Shown: positions 37,999 to 50,546, counted from the whole stretch's first letter. The stretch is DNA of 63,346 nt, filler included, from Rhabdomonas costata (GCA_019059605.1; 53 parts of 53 records of this genome joined end to end with filler, not necessarily neighbours in it), one strand, 5' to 3'. Numbers and translations are program-made. Notes: generated by a model from the letters alone, not told the origin.

Positions 37999-40049
37999 GA
38001 AGGCTTGGGTTTGAATATTCGAAGGAAGTGTAGGCTGGTGCACCGTCCGCCCACCTGCGCGCCGGTGTGCCGGCCCACAGTTCTTTCGGATATCCAAACC
38101 CAAGCCCAAAATAAAGCAAGGGTAAAAAAACGGTCCTTCCAACCGTATTAAAATGCAAAAAAAAAAAAAGGAGGGGGGGGAAAAACACCCCAAAAATACT
38201 TCAAGGGTGGCNNNNNNNNNNNNNNNNNNNNNNNNNNNNNNNNNNNNNNNNNNNNTTAATTAATTAANNNNNNNNNNNNNNNNNNNNNNNNNNNNNNNNN
38301 NNNNNNNNNNNGTGTGTGGTGCGGAGCTCACTCCCTTGAAGCTACACCTCCTCACCTCGGGCGAAGCCCCCGTACCGCACGCTCCAGGGCCACCCAGACC
38401 AGTGCAGGCAAGTGCCCTTCCCGTCCATGCAGGCACTCGTCCGTTAGTGGAGTCCTCCTCCATGGCAATGCCTCCAATGCCTTCATTGCACTTTCCGACC
38501 CCCTGTGACATCCCAAAGCAGCGCCTTCGTCCCCACGCCCCAAAGGGCTCAAGGACCAATCCCCGCGACAGCTGCGGTGGCCAATTCTCCGTGCGTGCAC
38601 CGGGAGTGTTGGCGGCGGCTTCGCGTGAAAAAGGTTGCATAGGGAGGGGCTCACCTATGAGAACCTTTAAGGAATTGCTTTGGGAGAGGTTGCTGGAGAT
38701 TGATCGATTGTCTGGATCGGGCAGGGTTACGCTGGATTGCTTTCGGATTCGTCTATGACCGGTAAAGTGCATCGAATTTTGACAGATTTGAGAATTGAAT
38801 GAATAGATTGATAACACACATACCTCCCCCACCCCCCTCCGCGTAAGCGAAAGTGCCCGTTGCCGGTTTTTGGGGCCAGAGGGGTCGCGGATTTTACTTT
38901 GAACTGGGACAGTTTTGTCCGGTTTTTTTTTTTTTTGCTTTAGAGCATAAAGGAAACACAGGGAAGGGGAGCGGGGATGAGAAAAAATTGTTCCCTAACC
39001 AAAGATGCGCGCCGCCCAGGAGAATGCTTGGTTAAGTCAGTGAGGAGTGGTGAGCTGAGTGAATCAGGCGTAAGAAGCAAGAAACGGAACCAACCATGCA
39101 GCAGTTCGCGATTCGTTACGGTTTTGCTGCAGTTGCTGTGGTGCGATTTTGGATATCTGGCATTGCCTGCAGTCTATGTGGGGAAGGAATCCCCTTTGGT
39201 GGTGCTCTGCACAAAGGGGATGAGCCAATTCATGTGCTACCAGTGCGGGGCTCGGTGGCGGGCCCGGTGGTCCCGGGAGCTTGTCCCGGACTTCCCCAAC
39301 GCCTGGGCTAATGTTCAGATGGAGGCCAGTGTCGGGGCCGTCGTGGACCCCCACCCTCCAGCTCATCCACCCTCCCTAGGAACCAGCCTCCCCAAACACA
39401 CCCACCACNNNNNNNNNNNNNNNNNNNNNNNNNNNNNNNNNNNNNNNNNNNNTTAATTAATTAANNNNNNNNNNNNNNNNNNNNNNNNNNNNNNNNNNNN
39501 NNNNNNNNGGCCTCCACCAAGCGCTTCACTTGTGGTTTCTCGTGTTCCCTCACCTTGCACTCCTTCTGCAGTGGAGGTGCCTCCACGCTCTTCAACATGG
39601 ACCCCAGGACAGCTCCTCCTGTAGGGACGTTTGATATCCAGTGCCAGAGTGCAACCATGCATCGAGCAATTTGCCCCGCTCCACATCACGCCAACCTCCA
39701 CTATCACGGTATTTACCCATTCCTTCAACACTGTCACAATACCTGCAACCTCACTCAGGCCTCCTCTCCTTTTTCCGCGCACTAATGGATCATCACATCC
39801 ACATCTACCACAATTCCTCCACGAAATATACCCCTGTCAACACTGGCTGGCACTTCGTTTGGACCTGCTCCATACCATCGTCACTGCTCGTCTAAACCCT
39901 ACAATAACGGCATTGCTAAACCAGCTGACAGCTCACCCGACGACTCCACTGGACTCCCTATATACCAGACCAAGGCCACACCGAGCCCCAACCCATCTAA
40001 GCCTGCAGCCGGGGATCGTACTACGAGGGTACGCAAATGTTCCAGACGA

Positions 40050-40300
40050 GTTGTTGAGTAAGCTTTGTTTACCCTAAAGAATTGCTTTTGTTCCATCAAC
40101 CAACATCCATCCGCATCCGGTTTATTTTGCTTTACAGTTGATTCCCACAACGCGGCCACATCATTTTCCACACACGCGCTTCCATTTGGATGGCAGTGGG
40201 GTCCGTACCTCGCACACAATATCGAAACTGTCATTCTGGGCACCAAATTCGAACACCGACCTATTCGATCACGTGTCTCGGGAAGACTATTTCGGCATAT
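40050..40300 (+). pseudogene. Degenerate RT fragment of a DIRS/Ngaro-like (tyrosine-recombinase) retrotransposon
   Basis: LLSKL/(frameshift)TLKNCFCSINQHPSASGLFCFTV...FSTHALPFGWQWGPYLAH resembles KxDLKxxFxxIxxHP....F.F......LPFGWxxSP. Confidence 0.6.
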
Positions 40301-42634
40301 GAAATGGTGACCAACCAACTCCTTCGCATGGGCAAACTCCTCATTGAACTTTGGTTTCTGCGCACACGCCGCTGCACTTTTTGTTCTCTACAACGTGTGT
40401 TTGGTTTGCTGCAAGGATGACATTTCCTTGCTCTCGTGTGGGACCCTGGTTGACTTCAACTCTCTTTTACATCTCCGAGGAGGTTCTCTTTTACATCTCC
40501 GCACCTCCTCTTTCATTCTTACGGCATTTTTTATACACTGATTCGATCCCGTCCCCGACCCGTCCATACACCGGTAACCATGCCTCCAGTTTTTGTGGAC
40601 GCTGCNNNNNNNNNNNNNNNNNNNNNNNNNNNNNNNNNNNNNNNNNNNNTTAATTAATTAANNNNNNNNNNNNNNNNNNNNNNNNNNNNNNNNNNNNNNN
40701 NNNNNTTGTTGTGGGTTTCGACCCTATTTGGATTTTTTGAAGAAAAATTCAAAAAAAAATCAGGAGCTACACGGTTGCTGGAGTTTGCTGGCGATCGTGG
40801 TGCACTATTTTCTTGGAGTCCTGATTTTTTTTTGAATTTTTCTTCAAAAAATCCAAATAGGGTCGAAGCCCAGCTCAACCTGAGGTTTATAACCGTGGAG
40901 CACATGGAGTGTGCGTCTGCGGGGGGAGGAGGTCAAGCAACCTTGTAGGTGATGTACAGCTCCTTCAGAATGCTGGGTAGCACCAAAAGCTTGGCTGCTC
41001 GCTGTTGCACCAGAAACCCTAAGGTACGACAAATTCGAATTTTCCGAAATAATGAAGTAAAGGAATACTGGAGTGGGGTGGCGGCGGCAGCAGCGGGGGC
41101 CATAACAGTTGGGTATAAAACCCCAGACAGTGGATCGAGAGAGAGCTGCAACAGTGATGCTCGAACCTCGATGCGCTTTTTCGCTCAGAGCACCAATGAA
41201 AAACGGGATCGAGGGATACTCAGGGACACTCATTCTACAATCGTGCAATCGTACAACACTCTCGACACCGGTGAAAAAAGAGTGTCTCCTTCTTTTCCCG
41301 TTTTTTCTTCGGTGACGCATGCAGCGCCTTCCCTGGCAGTTTTACGCACCCTTTATATTCTGGTAAATCTGTCTGACTTTTTTCATTTCTCTTGTGATTT
41401 ATTGCCTGCAGCGTTGCCATTACTTTTTAAAATTTAAAAAGTAAACTGAAGACTGGGTGAGATGGGGTGGGAAAATACCAGCATCGTCCACACTTTCAAA
41501 AACCTGCACAGAGGAAAAACGCACACTCAGCATTCACCGGCACACATCTTGCACCTTTTTTGGAAAAAAAAGCCAACATGAATGGAAAATTCTTAGCTGT
41601 AGAGTATTTCCTTTGAGGTCCACATTGGTGCGTAGTGGGGAGATTTTGTACATGAAAGTCCCAGCAGAGGCAAAATACTCCTGGACACTTGGTATGGGGA
41701 AAGAAGGAGAACTTAGGGAGAGAAATCAGACTCATCACGACGGCACATGACGCAAATGGGCCAAGGACGTGACTGACACACACATACTACGTACGTGCGC
41801 AANNNNNNNNNNNNNNNNNNNNNNNNNNNNNNNNNNNNNNNNNNNNTTAATTAATTAANNNNNNNNNNNNNNNNNNNNNNNNNNNNNNNNNNNNNNNNNN
41901 NNTGTTTTTTGGGTTTGTACAGTGCCCCGTCGTCGTGGTCGGTCTTCATCTCTGGTGAACTTCACGGCCTTGTGCTGTGATGGGTCGTGACGAACAGGAA
42001 GAAAGGTGCCTCAACGGTAGGTTTCATCTTAAACCTAACCTAGTACCGCACTGATTGCTCTGTTGTGTTCTTTGCTCATAGAGGATACTTTTGTTGTTCG
42101 TTTCCTTGCTGGAGGATGTTGTTCAATAGTGTTGGTGGTGGACAACCCACGCATCAGCTGTCAGTGTGCAGCTTCGTTTCTGCTTGTTTCTTTGGTGAGG
42201 CCAAGAGACAAAACCTGTCCCAGTTTGTCCCACCCGTGGAGCCTGTCATCAGCATTTTTGCAGAGGGTGACACGACCAATGCTCGGTGTTTATGTTTGTG
42301 AAAGAAATGGCGCTTCGGTCCCCGCAGGTGAGCCATTTCTACACGGCCATTGCGCTAACGTCCCTCTCTTTGTTGACCCACGTCAAAAGGCCAATCAACA
42401 GAGGCATCAGGGAAGAAGACTTCATGTGTGTCTCAGCATAAACGCCTGCCACCGTCTTTAACCCACTCCTCCACCTAAGTCCTAATTTTCCGACGAACCC
42501 GGAATCTGGCAGGGCAACTTCCGCTTCAAAGACAGCTAAACCAGAAAGAAAAGCTGATGCAGCTGAGCTGAACTGAGCTTTTTTTCTCCACTAACTTCCC
42601 TCAGCCTTCTGTGAGGATATCCGCGGCTGACCCA

Positions 42635-42999
42635 ATGTTTCGCGCGGTGGGGTTGGCTCTTGCGCTGAGCCTGTTCATGACAGCAGCGGAAGCCACGGCC
42701 GACGTACTTCCCAAGCGGTACCTGTGTGTGAGCGGAGGGTGTCAGCTGCAGGCCCCGGGGACAGAAAGCGCCGGCACACTGAGCTATGGGCAGTGCGTGC
42801 TGTCGTGCGAGCATGGCAATCTGTGGCCCCGACCCTCGACCCCGCCCACGATTAGCAGCTCGCTGGTAACGGTCAGCCTGAATGCAATTGCCTGCGACAG
42901 TGGCACGAACGCTCTTATGCAGGCCGCCTGTGCGAACTTCGCGAACTCTCTCGCCTCATTGGTGTCAGGCACCTCAATGCCCGGCGCGGTGCGGGTCAG
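42635..42999 (+). CDS. Beta-N-acetylhexosaminidase (GH20) N-terminus with signal peptide; 3' truncated
   Basis: MFRAVGLALALSLFMTAAEA signal peptide, then YLCVSGGCQ...LSYGQCVLSCEHGNLWPRPS...LVTVSLNAI: four Cys followed by the GH20 LWPxP motif. Confidence 0.75.
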
Positions 43000-43206
43000 N
43001 NNNNNNNNNNNNNNNNNNNNNNNNNNNNNNNNNNNNNNNNNNNTTAATTAATTAANNNNNNNNNNNNNNNNNNNNNNNNNNNNNNNNNNNNNNNNNNNNG
43101 TGAAAAAGGTAGCAGGAGTGCGACAGAAGCACAAAAGGTGGTTGAGTTCGGCGAAGAAGTAAATCCGAGAGTCAGCAAGAGAAGGGTGGGGGAACGAGAT
43201 GTAAAC

Positions 43207-44166
43207 CAGTGCAGCATTCGGACTGGGTGCACGTTGCCGAGGAACACGCCGTACTGGAGGTCCTCCGCGTGTAACCCGAGGGGCAGGTGTAGGCATCACA
43301 GTTCGGGTTGGCTTTTTATGGTAAACATACTGTCAGAATCATCCAAATCACAAAGGAAGAAAAGGCAGCTCGAAAAACGACCAAGGAAGAGGCAGAGCGC
43401 CTCAAGATCCTCGTTGTTCGGGAAAGCTACATCTTTCGGCTGCCCATAAAGAGAGATGTGGCGCACACCCGTGCAGCAGTCCGACTGGGCGCACGTCTGT
43501 GTCGCGCAGATGGTGGTGGAGGCCTTGCTGGAGTACCCGCTGGGGCAGGAGTAGCTGCTGCTGCCACACGTCGGGTTACCTGTGTGTGTGTGTGTGTGTT
43601 CATATATTGGGTGCGTGAATGGGCAACTTGTGGGCAACTTGAATAGGATTTGCCCACAAGACGCACACAGACACAGCTTCGGGACGGTCATCTTCGGAAC
43701 GGCAGCCCGCTGGAGGAAATCCGAAGAAAAAAAAGCACCGCTGCCGGCAAGAGTACCAGACGCCGTTCCCCATCGAAAAGTCCAACTTTTTCTCAGAACT
43801 AACGCCCAGGCCTCTCCCATTTTCTGGGTTTCGGCACGTGAGCACTACATCAACGCTTGAGTACAGAAAGTACAGAAAGCGAAAGGAGCCCTGCCCAAAA
43901 GGAGAAACAATTTGTCACGGCACTGCGTAACGTTTTGAAGCGACAGGGGTATAACAGAGAACAGACAACAGAAATGCCCCCTCCAAAAAATGAGAAGAAT
44001 AGAACACCAGGGCAGAATGAGCTCACCCACGCCCAAGTCGACGAGCACGTTCCTGAGGAAGGGCCACTCGAGGTCCCGGTATTGCACGTCAACGAAGAGA
44101 CACACCACCCACAGCTGTTTGCCGCCGTGCAAGTGCTGCAGGTGGTGTAGCTCGAGCACGGGTCAG
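43207..44166 (-). CDS. Cys-rich modular extracellular protein: PSI-domain exon (44166-44008) plus two 6-Cys repeat exons (43579-43469, 43311-43207)
   Basis: DPCSSYTTCSTCTAANSCGWCVSSLTCNTGTSSGPSSGTCSSTWAWVSSFCP (PSI CGWC motif); NPTCGSSSYSCPSGYSSKASTTICATQTCAQSDCCT; NPNCDAYTCPSGYTRRTSSTACSSATCTQSECCT. All three exons are AG..GT bounded and phase 1-1. Confidence 0.85.
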
Positions 44167-44296
44167 CTTCGAAAAAGAAATACGCGGAAAAAACAANNNN
44201 NNNNNNNNNNNNNNNNNNNNNNNNNNNNNNNNNNNNNNNNTTAATTAATTAANNNNNNNNNNNNNNNNNNNNNNNNNNNNNNNNNNNNNNNNNNNN

Positions 44297-45393
44297 GTTT
44301 TTGTTGACATGCACATTACTGCTCAGATGCCAGAGAAAGAGGATGATGCGGAGCTGGTGAGAAGCTACATGGTTCACAGATGCAAGCCACCTCACTGCAA
44401 GCCTGGCATCACGTGCAGTGCTCTGTTTCCAAAGCCGGTTCGGAGCTCCACGTGGTTTGATAGCGCTGGATACCCACTTTACACGCGTGGATTTGCTGAC
44501 AGGTTTGTTGTGCCACACAACATTCCACTCCTTCGCAGGTTTGACTGCCACGTCAATGTGGAGTACGCAGCTGGTGTCAACTCCATTGGGTACCTGTACT
44601 CGTACATCACCAAAGGGCTTGACAGGTCAAACGTGACCATCCACACCAACGACGAGATAGCCGACTTCAGCAAAGTTCGCTACGTTTCAGCGACTGAAGC
44701 TGTTTGGAAGGCAGTGTTTCAATTCAAGGCAAACGTCAGGCAACCGGCTGTTCAGTCCTTTTATGTGCTTTTTAAGCCGGGAACTTCTGAGCCAGCACAA
44801 AACTCAGACGTGGCCAGATACTTTATGCGGCCACTTGAAGACAGATTTGAGAAGTTGCTCATGACTCAGTACTTTGACAGGTACATTTTGACCAAGGAAA
44901 AGCCAAAAAGTTTGGAAATTGAAGTTTGGGTTGATCAGCAGGGATTTTGGGTGAAGACAAGGAGCCAAGGATTTGTATCCAGGCTGGTTTGGATTGATCC
45001 AAGAGCAGGTGATGCCTTCTTTTTGAGGATGCTACTGCTAAACATGCCTGCAAGAAGTTATGCTGAGCTTCTCATGGGTCAGAAGTCTTTCAGAGATGCC
45101 TGCGTTTTTGCTGGTTTTCTCACTGATGACAAAGAGTGGTACCTTGCTTTCAAGGAGGCAGTAGAGCTAAACAACACCCCAAAAATGCTCAGGAAGTTGT
45201 TTGTTACTTGTTGCATTTTCGGAAGCGGGGTATCCACCATTTTTGAGGAGTTTCATGCAAAGATGTCAGCAGATGTCATTCGCAGAGGACAAGTTCTTGA
45301 ATGTGGAATTGATGAAGTTGAACGTTTTTGCAACCAAAAGCTTCTCCTGGAGCTCCGTACTACGCTTCCAAAAATGCAACAAGTAACAAACAA
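44297..45393 (+). mobile_element. Helitron RepHel protein, internal fragment (open across the whole contig)
   Basis: MVH.C...C....C...FPKP, GYPLYTR, VVPHNIPLLRRFDCHVNVE, YLYSYITKG (Rep catalytic tyrosines), DEI....RYVSATEAVW, FFLRMLL and SFRDAC...GFL.DD.EW are Helitron hallmarks. Confidence 0.95.
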
Positions 45394-47559
45394 NNNNNNN
45401 NNNNNNNNNNNNNNNNNNNNNNNNNNNNNNNNNNNNNTTAATTAATTAANNNNNNNNNNNNNNNNNNNNNNNNNNNNNNNNNNNNNNNNNNNNTGTGTGG
45501 TGGACTGGAAGAGGCGATTTGTCAGGCTGGAAGGTTATACAAAACGACTCTTCCGTATATCAAAGACTCTCCATTTCCCATCCACTCTGACAAATCGCCT
45601 CTTCCAGTCCACCAGCACCAAGAGCTGGTAGGCTAACACAATGGTATTTATTCTCTCAAAAACAACTTGACAGGCATTGGTTCAGGCCTCCCCACCAACG
45701 TGACAAAATGCGTCACATCAAGCCCTTCACCATTGGCCACTATACATGCCATCAGTTGCTTCAAAGAGAACTGCTGCAACCCCAGCTATATCACACGTCC
45801 AACCTCACAAAAGAGTCCAACGCCACGAATCCAGGAGCGCTCTCGCATGCTTCTGTCACACATTCATCGGAAAGAAAAGAAAGGTTTGAGGCTGAGGCTT
45901 GTTATCCAAGAACCCGTACCACTCTGGTCCATCTTTTCAAACTGTAAGGCAAACAAAGTGGCAAACAAATTGTCTGCTCTCAAAACGTCTTTTTGCACAA
46001 CTCGGCTCCGCACTGCTCTACTGCTAGACTCCAAGCTAAGCTCTTTGACACACGACTCTACACATTGCGCTCTCTTCACAATGACGGCCCCGTATGACCT
46101 TCGTCTTTGGTCACGAAGGTCCTTCCTCTTTTCTGAAGTACACTCTATTTCACTCTATGTTTCAATCATCAACAAGGATCCGCCTTCATCTGGAAAAGCT
46201 TTCTGAATGGACTCTTTCCCACCACAGGTGAAACCTGAAAGTGCTTTCCTGCACTCAGCTGATCATTCCGTATTGAAATGCGCATTTCCCGCTGAGGAAT
46301 AACTCAGTTTTCACACAATCGGGCCTTCTTAAGCCTGAAAAAATTCTTGGCGAGTACCATTGAGGTAATAGCGGATAAATTCCCGGGTCTTATGGCAAAA
46401 AGATGTGCCTCATTGACGACTCTCCATCTCAAAGGATTTTTGCCTCGCCAAACCTGGATGATCTACTGCATCCTTTCCGTTCCTTAACCAGTTTTGCGTC
46501 ACGATCAACCTGATTGCAAGATTCCTCAACTCTTCGAAAACATTTACTAGGGTAGGCTGCACCTCCAGAAGCACACACGGCTCAACCAACNNNNNNNNNN
46601 NNNNNNNNNNNNNNNNNNNNNNNNNNNNNNNNNNTTAATTAATTAANNNNNNNNNNNNNNNNNNNNNNNNNNNNNNNNNNNNNNNNNNNNCCTTATCCTG
46701 GTGGAGCAGGCGGAGGGTGAGGCGGCACCCACCTGACAACGATACACTGGACACTCCGTGCGAGCACCCAGACTGCGCGCATCTTAGTTAGGGACAGCTT
46801 TTCTCTCCATTGTCTCTCTCCTTCACGTGCGTGTGTGCGTGTGTTTTCTTTTCGTCCTTTCATCGCACTCACATACACAAACGCGATCAAACAAACTCAA
46901 CGTCCCCAATTCAAAAAAGAATTCCTTTTCAAGTTAAATTAGCGTTTCGCTGAGTTTCTGTACCACTCCCCGCCCCCACCTCACCCAATGTCAATTGGGC
47001 CCTTCCTCCGCACGCATTAACCAAGCACCCTTTAAAAACTACTCCCACTCCCACCTGAGCACCATCCGGATTCCTGTATTACATCATCGCACACACGTAA
47101 GCACACACAGAGTGAGCGCATGAGTGAATACTGTTTCCCTTCACGACACCACCTTCCCTGCCCACTGCCAAAGGCCCCTATCCCTCCCAGGGGTTTTGGT
47201 CGAGGTGATCAAAGCACTCACATACTCACACTCACACGAAGTGGGTGCTATGAGTCGCGGACGTTAGCTACCGTTTTTGGCGCATATGCAATGAAAACAA
47301 AAAAGTCCCAAATTATAGCGGCCCTGAGTCACACTGTAGCATACACCCTTCAGCTATTCAGCAGAGATCTACATTGGTCTGTGATATTCCCACAGTGATC
47401 TGATGGGGCCACGACGAAGGGTACGGGGGCACACTTTTAAAGAAAGCTCACGACAGCCTCCACAACTGTGCCCTGAGGGCGGGAAAGCCCGAGACTGACG
47501 AATAGCGCGGAACAGTTTCTTGCAAGACCTTTTGCTGAATTATTCGCTCTTCTCTGAGG

Positions 47560-47735
47560 CGAAGGGTAGAGCCCAAGAGTACTTCATGGACCCGGAGTGT
47601 GCCAGAATTCTTCGGTTTAGAGCTGCGCGAGGCGTTTTTTCTGCCATTTTGGGTCCATATGAGCCCTTTTAGCCCTTTCGAGACCTAAGTGTCATACCCA
47701 AGCTCGAGGCTGCCTGGCATACTTTAGAACTCAGG
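47560..47735 (+). repeat. Dispersed repeat family A, copy 3 (more diverged)
   Basis: AAGGGTAGAGCCCAAGAGTACTTC..CCGGAGTGTGCCAGAATTCTTCGGTTTAGA matches 13612-13674. Confidence 0.75.
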
Positions 47736-48646
47736 AGCACGCTGACCTCGCAATGGGCTAAAAGGGCTCATATGGACCCAAAACAACNNNNNNNNNNNNN
47801 NNNNNNNNNNNNNNNNNNNNNNNNNNNNNNNTTAATTAATTAANNNNNNNNNNNNNNNNNNNNNNNNNNNNNNNNNNNNNNNNNNNNGAAAAGAGAATTT
47901 ATGGGGAAATTTGCGGGAAAACACCCCAAACAAGAGGTTATGCAGATAACGCCTATTGAACCCCGTGGCCCTCGCATACCCATGTGCCTCACGTTTGTCC
48001 CCGGTTCAGAATCTGAAGATCATTTCCGGAATAAAAGGCAGCCTGCTGAGCCAGAAAAACTTTTCGCAGTAGCTTGGAATCATGGTTATGCGCTGATTTT
48101 TGGGGAGACGCTAATTGGAATCGTTTTGCTTATGGCCCCTTCGCCGCTGTTCTTTTCCTTTTTTCCACACCAATGCGCCAGTTACCTTCGAAAAATTATG
48201 CCCTTTCGCCCATCCACCTTCTATTCGCGACCCATTACCGGCAACCCTTGTGATTTTGCGGCTTGATCCTGCCGACACCATGGCCGAAAATCTAACTTTA
48301 AGCCTTTCTTCTCCGTTTTCTTTCTTTCACCCGGTGCGCCTCTGCTACTTCCGCCGCTTGTGGGACAAATGTTTTGGCCCCACCTACCTTCAACGGCAAA
48401 AAAAAACCCCTAGAAAAGCCCATGGCGGAAGCCCTTTTTCCGTTAGAAATTCCGGGTTTTTCAGGTCTGACCCGCGGCCCTGACCAAGCCCTGGACCCCG
48501 ATTTCTGTAACCCGACCCCCCCCTTCTCGGAAAAACAGCCCTGCAGACGGCATCCCACCCCAAAAAGATGCCTTTCTATGCTTTTCTTACCTTTGCTTGT
48601 GGTTTAACCCCACTCTTTTCCCTTCGTTCCATGTTTTGGGTTGTTT

Positions 48647-48802
48647 TAGTCCGGTTTACCCATCGAGTGCATGGTGACCACACCAAAAAGATACATCACC
48701 AAAAGACTGGGTTTGGGACCGGACACTCGGTCCCAAACCCAGTCTTTTGGTGATGTATCTTTTTGGTGTGGTCACCATGCACTCGATGGGTAAACCGGAC
48801 TA
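48647..48802. repeat. Perfect palindrome, 75-bp arms with a 6-nt loop
   Basis: 48647-48721 is the exact reverse complement of 48728-48802; the loop is GACACT. Confidence 0.97.
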
Positions 48803-49149
48803 GGTGAGAGCAAGAGGTGGGAAACGATCTGCCCCCAGCGCAAACCCAATCCAACGGGCAGAATCACTTCCTCGGACCCAATGCTTCAAATTTTGGCCCG
48901 GGTGGATGGAGCGGTCCGGAAACGAGAGCTGATGATAGGGAATTCCTTTTCCTCAATCTTTGCCTCAATTGCGCTTGCGCAATGNNNNNNNNNNNNNNNN
49001 NNNNNNNNNNNNNNNNNNNNNNNNNNNNTTAATTAATTAANNNNNNNNNNNNNNNNNNNNNNNNNNNNNNNNNNNNNNNNNNNNGGGGTGTGTGAGTTCT
49101 CTCACAACCCAGAGGTGTCCGAGGTCACCGTTGCCGTAAAGTGTTCCTC

Positions 49150-50181
49150 GCGCGAGCTTGGACCTTGTGGTGGACTGGTCCTCTTTCACCACCCATTTCG
49201 ATGCGCAGTTGCTGGAGGGTTGGGGCGACGGCATCGGGATCTCTCGCGCGGTGGGCATTGCTATTCCCGCTGCTTTGGCCCTCTTTCCAGCCGGGGAGCT
49301 GCAGATTCCTCCCCGGTGGGAGGTGGGCGCGTTACCCCCGCTGTGTGTAATCTCCATTGCTGTGTGGAAATCCCTCCCGGATTTCGACCTGTCACGGGTG
49401 GCGGACTTGTTGACCCTGGTGGAGGCGGAGGGAACCTGGCCGGCACAGCTTCTCCAGGCCTACGTGGCAATGATTCCCAAGGCCTCTGGTGGTTCGTGGC
49501 CCCAAGACCAGCGCGATCACGGTACTGGATGTGCTCTACCGAATTTGGGCCAAAGGGTATTGCCCAGGTTTGGGCTCCTACTCTTCAGCACTCCTACCTG
49601 GGTCCTACCGCGATGGCCCCTCCCCTGCCAGCACACTTCACCTGGCTCAGCTGCTGTCGGACGCTATTCTTCTTCAGAGGCGCCGGCGCAAGCCCTTGTG
49701 GCTTGTGAAATTTGATGTCGCCAAGTGCTTCCCTTCCCTCCCCTGGTGGGCCGTTTTGGGGGTCATGGAGGCGGCTGGCATCCCCGATACCCTAGTGAGG
49801 TGCTTTCGCTCTTTCTACGTGCACCTCCGGCAGCGGTTCCGCTACGGTCAGGTAGATGGCGCGGAATGGACCATGGCCAATGGGCTGGCCCAAGGCTGCC
49901 CTGCGAGCCCCGACCTGCTCAACCTACTGTTCGAACCTTTTCACCGCTTGGCAGGGGCTCAGCAGGTCGGTGTGGAGCTGGACGGTACTTTCCTGGCCTC
50001 TATTAGCTTTGCTGATGACGTGGCCCTTCTCGCCACCACTCTCCAAGAGGTTGAGCTGCTCGTTGGCGCTTATCAGCGCTGGTGTCAGCTCCTGCGCATT
50101 CAACCACACCTCGGGAAGACGGAGCTTTGGTGTTCCACTCTCCCGGAAGGACGGAAGGTGACAGTGGAACACCAACCCCCC
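49150..50181 (+). mobile_element. Non-LTR retrotransposon reverse transcriptase, frameshifted near 49513
   Basis: WPAQLLQAYVAMIPK..QDQR/ITVLDVLYRIW, FDVAKCF, NGLAQGCPASPDLLNL, FADDVAL and GKTE cover the LINE RT motifs, split over two frames. Confidence 0.93.
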
Positions 50182-50546
50182 NNNNNNNNNNNNNNNNNNN
50201 NNNNNNNNNNNNNNNNNNNNNNNNNTTAATTAATTAANNNNNNNNNNNNNNNNNNNNNNNNNNNNNNNNNNNNNNNNNNNNTGTGGGTTTTGAGCACCTT
50301 CCCCACGAAGAGCTTCCGCGCTGAGGTCCCTCAGGTTGTCCAGCACGGCTGGCAGCGGAGGTGACTCAGGGGTTCCCAAAACCGAGCACAAAAAGCGCTT
50401 GAGCCGAGCCTCGGACCGGCGTGACCGATGGTCGTCGCCGCTGTCGTCGCCCGAACCGCCTTCCTTTTCACCGCTGTCACAGTCGCTGCTGCAACTGCTG
50501 CACCTTGCGAGGATATTACATGCTCGCTGTCTCCAAAAATCCCCTC

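Noticed and set aside
45667-46206. 179-aa ORF
   Set aside because: No recognisable motif on either strand; likely chance or decayed sequence.
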